Positions 29,201 through 32,694 of a stretch of 64,000 bases of DNA are shown piece by piece. Below the pieces are notes generated by a model. That model saw only the letters and a list, made by a program, of their open reading frames with translations, was not told the origin of the DNA and ran no database searches. Position 1 is the first letter of the stretch; each line of letters begins with the position of its first letter. The stretch lies in the NCBI GenBank assembly GCA_965220085.1, contig CBDCOZ010000003.1, positions 1,312,001 through 1,376,000 on the forward strand, in the 5' to 3' direction. The stretch is from Candidatus Oxydemutatoraceae bacterium (GTDB lineage: Bacteria; Pseudomonadota; Gammaproteobacteria; Poriferisulfidales; Oxydemutatoraceae). The translations under genes and the position numbers were made by a program.

Positions 29201-29234
29201 CCAGCGCCGCTATTCCGGCAAGCAATATTTTCAA
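11205..29234 (-). CDS. Giant repetitive secreted/surface protein, about 6,000 aa: 12 Ca-loop/GLUG beta-helix/FN3-like modules, 5 cadherin-like domains and a C-terminal FLEGPLR motif
   Basis: Uninterrupted 18-kb ORF with 12 counted DYDxDDDGLIEI-type starts and cadherin-like IAEN...LFAID...LDYE units. A GGAGGGGG RBS before TTG 29234 gives MKILLAGIAALAACCSVSYASA; ATG 29279 is an alternative start. Confidence 0.9.
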   Translation of the reverse strand: MKILLAGIAALAACCSVSYASAADYDSDDDGLIEIGNLHQLNAVRWDLDGDGTPLSWVAESYAAAFPGAAANMGCPASGSCRGYELLRDLDFADLDSYAAGTTNTVWASGAGWSPIGVNIRRLKTEFNGNGHTIYNLRIDSLASHQGLFGVGGQNAMIANVGVTGKVASRSNGSNSDNIGGLVGQVSNSSTVANSYSTVTAEGSHGVASLVGRLETGAVRSSYATGSAYAINAAGGLIGAAGSTLGSATAEHVYATGYVGTTSDHPSAFASGLVADVSHSSRLRHGYATAAVAPNMSARGGVIGRITGSDSVFAAVYWDTQTSGATNAVGNGAADGVIGKTTAELRLPTTYTGIYGAWNADANDHWDFGDSEQYPALKVDFNNDGMATWQEFGCQLRAGVAAATQGADQRRDISWGMPDTAHCASSPTVAFAVYRDGSVLSDGKNLTAMRYADTAAIAGTNYVYHVAVVIDGGEAIRARVVSRSHDYDRDDDGLIEIANLEQLNALRWDTDGDGAPTSDHAGDYARAFPHAIAGMGCADGCSGYELTTALDFRAAASYAGGAVNEAWTAGDGWSPIGDSGDRFTATFNGDGYAIEGLHIGRLANQQGLFGELGEGAMISNVGVTGAITATPYQELMGGLVAAMVGGGRIEKSYSTVSVAAGFDVGSLLGYNEQGAVRASYATGNVSGHQEIGGLIGQVYGVSTGSTVEHTYATGQISLASGGFNYNVGGLIGNLGAVRLGYGYATAQLPAGVLRSGGVGGGVINANAILRDAYWDIDTSGIANSASGSAAVAGISGETTAGLQAATGYVGIYQNWNADGGDYWDFGSASQYPALKVDFDNDDIASWQEFGYQLRDGPANLTASGADTDWTLEWSAPDVSHWSPATPTVTYAVYHNGALLSDGIDFAQTRYAITGADLAVRNAYWVAAVIHGGEASRSDRVVLPINDYDSDDDGLIEISTLEQLDAVRFDLDGDGIASAGARAYGKAFVGALVGMGCPAVASTSAEPSGCRGYELDQSLDFDDPDSYATGKVHDAWREGEGWEPIGGSGADNRFVAAFAGNGHTIYNLHIDRDASLQGLFGVVETPAVISRLGVTGAVNGQDTSGGLAGQVRVDGVIEDSFSTVAVSGRNEVGSLVGRLRAGTVRTSYATGNINSHRQTGGLIGRISTHGGTVEHVYATGYVSGLDSNSRLLGGLIGRVEAGQIGYGYSTALIDPIVSMGSGVIGENVNATFTDVYWDRETSANSNGVGDGSDDGISGWTSAELQLPTTYTGIYASWNASDGDHWDFGTSEQYPALKIDFDGNGEASWQEFGCQLRTGPTLTVSGVHATRTLTWDMPDTSHCAPAPMVTFALYRDGILVPEIENTALTEYADTNTTATRNYVYHVAANVYGGEAIRSAIVSESYDYDRDDNGLIEVSTLEQFNAMRWDLDGNGVVAAGDQTDYDRAFHSAISGLGCVNDACIGYELTRDLNFAAADSYHSGRINTAWTSGAGWPPIGGDSAAFTATFDGNGHTLRRLRIDRNAPYQGLFGAIAGAVVRNVGVTGSIDAGDNNYVGGLIGDSASGTIEDSYSAVAVEGRAYVGSLLGASRAGAAIRRSYATGNVFANSEAGGLLGRDDSGSANGTIEHTYASGYVNVTRGGSSQFGGGLIGNLGNANVKYSYATGLLHPSGSASGGVGGVFAASVEATAVYWDTETSAKNDAIGLGAVTGIGGKGTAELQSPTDYAGIYANWNDGGDHWDFGSAAQYPALKVDFDGNGEARWQEFGYQLRQGPPALSVAYGDTARSLNWQAPTAAPEWDAAPPIRYRVYRDGIALAGAYNLSAESYADMTANTTSSYAYHVAAVIDGGEASRSYAMSGRDYDFDDDGLIDIANLDQLNAMRWDLDGDGIATAGNRANYQAAFLIATEGMGCPKSGCIGYELLTNLDFSDPADHVLSSTDTWMSGEGWPPIGDSGNPFATTFNGNGHAIENLHIRRNAGRQGLFGSVGEDGVISNIGVSGTIRTDRHQERAGGLVAELHGGLIEESYSTVALDSAFEVGSLLGFNDKGTVRASYATGYVRGHRGVGGLIGEAYAYSNESTVEHTYATGQLAVAVSDADNDAGGLIGYLGAVRLRYSYSTARVPAEAKRSGAIGGGASAGAPVFDSVYWDVDASGELDKAVSGGYAPGVAGAPTVLLQAFADYEDLYASWNAENTDYWDFGADKQYPALQVDFNNDGDISWQEFGYQLREGPTLTMSGIGASRTLSWTTPDTSHWPASAPIIAYVVYHNDAVAADGLARTSYVDAAIDLDIINTYRVAAVVGGGEASRSAGFVLPIRDYDRDDDGLIEIATLEQLDAVRWDLDSEGPPMFEPQRYQRAFIAALPGMGCPAAVSTATSACRGYELIKDLDFADPASYASGAINAAWTEGDGWPPIGEKFVGNRFETTFDGNGHTIHNLYGGGTPSLRGLFGGIEAPAIVRRVGVTGSIRVQDAAGGLVGRIYDGGTVEESYSAVAVRGTHGVGSLVGDIQGGIVRRSYATGNATGSSQIGGLIGGIASEGASVEHVYATGYADGTRGGANSSVGGLIGRVRAGQIRSAYSTALVYPAKTFHGGFVGRSDAATFDDVYWDVETSAMSNGVGNGSDSGIGGKTSMELQMATTYAGIYANWNADGGDYWDFGGAKQYPALKIDFNNSGEASWQEFGYQLREGPSRLETGSGAPRKLAWQAPDTSHWDPAPAVGYAVYRDGVALTRDDDIRDTAYMDSGAIDGVDYVYQVAAVVHGGEASRSVAVSRSTDYDTDDNGLIEISSLDQLNVVRWDLDGDGVPAASTRAYLLVFPDAALPGMGCPAGSGCRGYELNGDLDFADVGSYVEGSTVTTAWTQGEGWEPIGGSGADNKFTAVFNGNGHTIYNLHIDRDAAAQGLFGIVETPAVISRLGVTGVVRVREVSGGLAGQLRTDGVIEDSFSTVAVRGRFDIGSLVGRLRAGTIRRSYATGNAEGFNRTGGLIGRISAHGGTVEHVYATGYVSGFNRNSESSGGLLGNAGAGQINYGYSTALLDSIASMSGGFVGENVNATFTDVYWDRETSAKNNGVGDGSDDGISGWTSAELQMPTTYTGIYENWNTSDSDHWDFGTSEQYPALKTDFDGYGEASWQEFGCQLREGPADLTVGYQLTSRTLDWSEPELSHWASTPTITYAVYRDGIVLADGIETSSYADVTADADTIYAYHVAAVINGGEASRSVIVSGRDYDIDDDGLIGIGTLEQLNAMRWDMDGDGNPDDADHAADYAAAFPNTVGTVGCPGVCGGYELTRDLDFDNPADYASGAVNSAWADGWDPIGNLTNVFATAFNGNGHTVYNLGIDTNAERQGLFGDARGATIANIGVTGAIARAGNRVGGVVGSLEGGAIANSYSAVSVRANGFAGGIVGYVANIALRTSYATGNVSASNQVGGLLGFVSNASTSLEHAYATGRVDINGDNANRKGGGLIGDAGGARIGYAYATALVVPDLPRSGGAVGVAGSDSVFASVYWDLETSGRDNAADRAIDGIDGKSSAELRSPPGYVGIYADWNTDGGDYWDFGSSKQYPALKIDFNNDGEASWQEFGCQVREKPILAARGTGDVRTLAWSAPDVSHCKANTSVSYNVYRDGEALTAAGEWTATSYVDAQRSADTEYVYHLAAVIDGGEAARQSIRSRIVDYDDDDDGLIEIDSLEQLDAVRWDLGGDGVPATDSSATYAAVFPDPADDMGCPGGCSGYELMRNLDFDDFASYVTGNVSSAWTTGEGWAPIGAPAAGDRFAATFDGNGHTIYNLHIDRDATAQGLFGAIETPARIGNLGVTGAVVGNDVVGGLVGLLRTDSAIENSYSAVAVRGRSEVGSLAGRVRAAAVRRSYATGNAAAANRAGGLIGRIAALGGTAEHAYATGYVSGVNNSGEVLGGLIGDTSAGQISYAYSTALIDSAATMAGGVVGENSHAAFADIYWDRETSGKQNGVGAGSDSGIDGKTSFELRMPTTYTGIYKNWNTDNSDYWDFGASDQYPALKVDFDGDGAASWREFGCQARSAPVVTASGAGTSRTLNWSAPDTDHCALPQAVTYAVYRDGAALTAGEGIAETTYADTAAVIDDTYAYHVAAVVHGGEAVRGVAVSMARDYDSDDDGLIEVATAEQLAAIRWDLDGDGAPSASTQEYVTRFVDAATNMGCVGTCAGYELINDLDLRAASAGSAEGWVAIGSEAAPFTAIFNGNGNVIANLSIDREADRQGLFGAVVGGTVRNVGVTGTVDASASSLSASGDRVGGLIGELSDGAVRDSYSAVTALGDRSIGSLLGSAKRSVIRASYATGNTHANGRAGGLIGRADDSGGGNDSEIAHVYATGFVDATMATFNRWAGGLIGSLQSAQLKYGYSAALIHPDPIESGGLIGFNALRSDALTAVYWDAGASGRDNPIGLHVLGPGYEGGDKSISELQAPTTYAGIYANWNADGADYWDFGSNNQYPALKVDFNNDGEASWREFGCQLREPPQNAVHYLVGAAVKLTWDAPDVSHCATPPTVGYAVYRDGIRLTAPGGIAEARYLDETSVGGIAHTYHIAAVVNGGEASRHVETLATIDYDRDDDNLLDISNLDQLNAIRWDTDGDGHASTENRSHYLIAFPKSSGGKGCPSGCGGYELTRDLDFADANSYAPDSDSAKRSTGAGWLPIGAREDRYAAVFDGKGRRIDNLRIDRAADRQGLFGSINSSATVSNIGITGSVAGGDQSGGLVGELSGGIVTNSYSAVSARGGEAVAPLVGYADGGAVLASYASGNTSATAVAGGLIGGSGNSANTTVEYVYATGYVNAQRAAGGLIGNMGALQIKYSYAASLINSAAATSGGIAGEVNGVNPTFAVVYWDAQVTGKQRAAGSGSASGATGKTGAELQTPTAYSGIYADWNADDSDNWDFGNAEQYPALKADFDGDGIPSWQEFGCQIREDLALTVRGVGDRDLSWSAPDTTHCAADTVVAYAVYRDSLALASVAEARAEYADTTAAIGSDYTYHVVAVIDGGEAARSVAVSRSRDYDTDDNGLIEITNLEQLDALRWDLDGDGIPSADSRRYETAFPHSAADLNCAHGCNGYELTRSLDFNDSGSYAASTNSEWTAGAGWMPIGARENRFIAAFNGNGHVIENLYIRRDADAQGLFGSAAGATITGVGVTGSVRGGTAVGGLVGELAGGTVAQSYSTVAAQGTEQVGSLLGSVNGGVLRASYATGRALADAAGGGLSGGGDNDANIIIEHVYAAGYVNAQRQGGGLLGSVGGNMRLEYAYSTALVAPGNHGGVAGRVAGGNPVFEAVYWDSDVSGQSVAFGFGSAAGVAAKTAAELQSPTGHVGIYAKWDVNGSIDYWDFGAADEYPALKTDFDGEGTPSWQEFGYQLRQGPRDAAITYADHANVLTWSAPDTSHWQSPPAIAYAVYRDGIAITTATAVMTYEDTERVAGTLHAYSVAAIVHGGEASRSAAPVGLAIADTDPAANTIAENATVGAPLRGITLIANDGDSAVTSGLTWILSDDAGGLFAIDRDSGEITLARAELDHETTPTYVLQVRAERDGDLSAPFAVRADVGNVPKRLTVTNAAMPDITIGAVPDSRIAKNTLVGAPVSNIMLVVSDETNNPVTSGLTWSLPDDADGLFAIDSASGEIVLARSVEDHENTQTHTVRVRVETDNMVYAELEVAIAIDNAPESLTIANRSTATIAVAENTPVGALLGGITLVATDETNNPVTSGLTWSLTEDADGLFAIDADSGAIRLAGMLDYETSATHTITAQAAEGAVLSNRLDLMITVIDFDEAIIAPTVSDTDPTTNTIVENSADTAVAGVSLAATRNGVALSGIIWQLTDDASGLFVITTAGVVRTSADRAPDYETDAGHRVRAAATASDGSIGEYTLMINVTNVLESLRVADDNSADNRIAENAATATAVSGIALVARDEANNPVTSGLTWSLSDNAGGLFAIDSASGEIRLAAAAALGPVATTHTVAVRVSFAGAEAVESDDWELTIEVTEPRAGIRLRLRLFLEGPLR

Positions 29235-29389
29235 CTCGGTAACCCCCTCCAAGTACTTCATGACAGAACTAATATTCATCTATTTATTAATGGGTGACAC
29301 CCCCGGACATGTTTATAAATGTTCTTAGCGAAGGTGTTAAGCGAGTATACAAGTGCGTCATAAGTGGCTGGCGAATCATATACTTAGCA

Positions 29390-29736
29390 TGTGTATATCC
29401 TGTGTATAACCTATTTATGACTTATTAGTGTCGTGTTAATAGCCTGTGGATAAGTGCATCGCTCTGGAGACATGTTGTCGCGTATGTGCTGGCGTGTTCT
29501 GTGGATAACTTTATCACTTCATCAACGTAGCGGCGAGACATGTCCTGTGCATATCCTGTGTGTAAATGTATCACGACCCAGACGTTGCCTAGAATCTTCT
29601 GTGGATAAATTTATGTGCCGCTGCGCCGGTATGTTACCGAGCGGGCGCTGTGAATATCCCTGTGTATAAAAATGTGGCACTCGATAGATGTAACCGCGAG
29701 TGTGCCGGTTATCCCTGTGGATATATCTGTGGATGA
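29390..29736 (-). promoter_or_regulatory. Cluster of co-oriented DnaA boxes (possible oriC or DnaA-titration locus)
   Basis: Perfect TGTGNATAA at 29401, 29445, 29500, 29600 and 29661. One-mismatch copies at 29390, 29546, 29557, 29649, 29716 and 29728. Confidence 0.72.
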
Positions 29737-30025
29737 AATGTGTCGCCTCGCAGACGCGACCAAGAATGTGCTACTGATGCCTTGTTAATATTTCTGTGGG
29801 CAAGTCTGTCCCCCAACGCTCTCCCGCGCGGGAGAATAGATTCGGCGACAACGCAAAAACTGTCCCCCAAACTATCTTTCATGGCGCGCCCCAGAAACGA
29901 CCCGCAAACAATTAAGTACGGAGCCCAAGCCGAAGCATCAAGCGCCCTATTGCTCCATGCGTCCGATATGTCTTGCATCATACGCGCCCCCCTCTCTGTC
30001 GGCGCGAACAAGATACGGCGCAGGT

Positions 30026-30865
30026 CTAAACGAAGAGCGCAATAAATATAGTTAGCGCCGCAACAATAAGAGCCGCTAACCCAAGGGAGACCATCACGAA
30101 CAGATTTGTGATTTTTGCTATTTGATTATCTATTGCTGCTCTCGTCTCAGTTACTATTGCTTTCAACTCATCTATTTTTTCTTGGGTTCTTTCTCTGGAC
30201 TCGGCTATTTCTTTTTGGGTGTCTGATCTGGACTTGGCTATCATTGCTTCCAACTTAGCCATTTCTTTTTGGGTTTTTGCCCCGGACTCGGCTATTTCTT
30301 TTTGGGTGTCTGATCTGGACTTGGCTATCATTGCTTCCAACTTAGCCATTTCTTTTTGGGTTTTTGCCCCGGACTCGGCTATTTCTTTTTGGGTGTCTGA
30401 CCTGAACTTGGCTATCATTGCTTCCAACTTAGCCATTTCTTTTTGGGTTTTTGCCCCGGACTCGGCTATTTCTTTTTGGGTATCTGACCTGAACTTGGCT
30501 ATCACTGCTTCCAATTTATCTATTTCTTTTTGGGTTTTTGCCCCGGACTCAGCTATCATTACTTTCAACTCAGCCACTGCTACTTGCAACTCAGTTATGT
30601 CTTTTTGGGTTTCCGACCTATGCTTGGCAAATTCCTCTCTGAGCGCTGATTCATACTCGGCAATTTTTGCTCTAATCGCCGATTCAAACTCGGCAAATTC
30701 GCCTTTCGTTGTCAGAGCGCTCAGGTATCTGTGCAACAGCGCGGATAGCTCGTTGGCAATCGTGCGCGCTTTCTCCTCGTCAAAGCCCACGCCGGTCAAG
30801 TTCTCAACGGAGCCATAAATAACCTCCGCTGTCTCTTCCACTTTTAAATCTTTGGTTTTTTTCAT
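30026..30865 (-). CDS. Second CCDC90/DUF1640-like membrane coiled-coil protein with 29-aa tandem repeats
   Basis: Paralog of 6416-7042 (YGSVENLT.. GFD..KAR.IA, L.TK.EF, VSLGLAAL..AALTI). Likely start MKKTK at 30865 after GGAGG; ORF track starts at 30886. Confidence 0.82.
   Translation of the reverse strand: MKKTKDLKVEETAEVIYGSVENLTGVGFDEEKARTIANELSALLHRYLSALTTKGEFAEFESAIRAKIAEYESALREEFAKHRSETQKDITELQVAVAELKVMIAESGAKTQKEIDKLEAVIAKFRSDTQKEIAESGAKTQKEMAKLEAMIAKFRSDTQKEIAESGAKTQKEMAKLEAMIAKSRSDTQKEIAESGAKTQKEMAKLEAMIAKSRSDTQKEIAESRERTQEKIDELKAIVTETRAAIDNQIAKITNLFVMVSLGLAALIVAALTIFIALFV
30197..30560. repeat. 87-bp coding tandem repeat, about 4 copies (AESGAKTQKEMAKLEAMIAKSRSDTQKEI)
   Basis: GGACTC(G/A)GCTAT recurs at 30197, 30284, 30371, 30458 and 30545. 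Confidence 0.9.
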
Positions 30866-31204
30866 GATTATCCCTCCGGGTTTCATAATAATAATACTAA
30901 TTCAGAAGCTATAATCAATAGCCTTCGTGCCGGATAATAGCGCTTATTTCGGGAGTCACAACCAACTAATAGACAGGCGGTTTTAATTGTCTGACGAACG
31001 GTCTGACAGCGCCAATTCACAGCGTGATTTTTCTGCAAAGAAGCATTTGCGCGAGTGCCGTCATGACGCTCCCGTCGCAGGTAATCGCAGAGTCCGAGCA
31101 CAAACGAAGGACGATGCGATGAGAGAGAAATCTTCGCGCTTGCACGAACTGTTGCAAAACTTTCCGCCCGCACTCGCGAGGCGAATCATGCCGGAAACAT
31201 TTTG

Positions 31205-31375
31205 GCTTGCCCTCTCTAATCCTTGAATACCGCTGCCGCCCGCAATCTGTGTGATGCCCATATGTTGATACGCGCGCTCCCTGCGATGCCATTGTTTGTC
31301 TTTCAATGCTTGAAACACTTTATAAACTTTGCTTTCTTTGTCATGAAAGCGGGTTTCGAAATCCTTCGCATTCAT
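31205..31375 (-). pseudogene. 5' remnant of the gene downstream of the methyltransferase, probably the cognate endonuclease
   Basis: MNAKDFETRF...KQWHRRERAYQHMGITQIAGGSGIQGLER starts right after the MTase stop and runs into the 50-bp repeat at about 31188-31210. Confidence 0.45.
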
Positions 31376-31376
31376 A

Positions 31377-32390
31377 TTAATCCCCTGTGCGAGAACAAGC
31401 CGCGGCATAAACTGTCTCGTCTTTCTCGTAGGCCAGCGCTCTTCTGCCAAGCTTGTTTGCGGCTATCAATGTGGTTCCGCTTCCCGCAAACGGGTCATAA
31501 ACAAAATCGGCTTTATTGCTAAACAAGGCAATAAGCCGTTCCATCAGAGGAAACGGTTTCTGTGTCGGGTGGATGCGTTGCTGTGGCGACGGAGACTTAC
31601 AGACAAACGCATTATGCGCATTCCTGCCATTAAACCCGGTTCCCGGCCTTTTGCCGACCGCTATGGCTTCCCATGCATTGACAGGCTTAAATTTGCGGTT
31701 GAACGGAACCGGGTTGGTTTTTTGCCAGACGATTGTCTCTGCCGCAACAAACCCATGAGACTTCAAACATTCGCAGCGCTCCCCAATCTGCGCTTGGGCG
31801 CAAAAGGTCGCCGCCCGCCCGCTTTAGGGAGGAGAATGTCAAACCATTCCAAAGGTTCAATGCCGCCATCCCAATCCCCAAAATTCCCTTTGGGCATAAT
31901 AAAATCTTTTCCGTCTTTGCGTAATCGTCTGGGAACTTGTTTTTCACAAGCGTAAGCCTTGCTTATGCCGCAGGGAGGATCGGTCAAAAACAAATCCACT
32001 TCGCGGTCATCCGGTTTTTCCGCCGCCGCAATCCCGTCTCCTAACTTAAATGCGCAATTGCTGCCCTCTAACGAGGCGGGGCATTCTTGCAATGCAAGTT
32101 GTTCGGATAGCAGTTCTTCGATTTGTTTTGTAATGCTCCGAATGTTTCCATTCTTCTCAATTTTTGCATCTTCGCGAAGGAATAAGCGCTCAAGCAGCAT
32201 CGCATGTCCGCTGATATCCTTCGCATATAAATCAATCTCCCATGCCTTTTCCGATTCGTTATAGACGGGTTCTTTGTGAGACAAGAACTTCCTATGTCTC
32301 GGGAAGTTCTCCGTTATCCATTTATTAACAGATGCCCGTAATTTAATCTTCTGCTTGACTTGGTCGGCAGTCGCTATGCTCACCGTATCA
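31377..32390 (-). pseudogene. Frameshifted beta-class N6A/N4C DNA methyltransferase
   Basis: LFLTDPPC (degenerate DPPY) in ORF 31763-32542. IVWQKTNP, HPTQKP and DPFAGSGTT lie in another frame (31377-31766). Low GC. Confidence 0.85.
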
Positions 32391-32399
32391 ACCCCTCGC

Positions 32400-32660
32400 G
32401 GGTAATCCGCTTGCCATGCATTTGGCATGCGCCATGCCGGCGACATGCGCTTTGGCGGAATGATGAACGGCGCAATGACGTTTGACCGCGCCGGCGCGCG
32501 AAGGGTTTTCATCCGCAAAGAGGGCGGAGCCCTTGCGGACATTTTTATGCATCGTTGTCCGCAGCGTTGTCTTTGTCATGTTTTCTATCGGCATGGCTTT
32601 CGCTCCGCCCTTGCCCTCGCGCATTCCTATTATGGCGGTTTTGCCAACGCCGCCCCTCTC
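32400..32660 (-). mobile_element. IS1595-family (ISXO2-like DDE) transposase internal fragment
   Basis: GVGKTAIIGMRE...NVRKGSALFADE...HCAVHHSAKAHVAGMAHAKCMAS resembles the KT.V.G / TDE / H..V.HS..EYV.G..HTN.IES core in degenerate form. Confidence 0.72.
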
Positions 32661-32694
32661 CGGCAGCCTCTCCGCTCGCCGCGAGAGGGAATGC

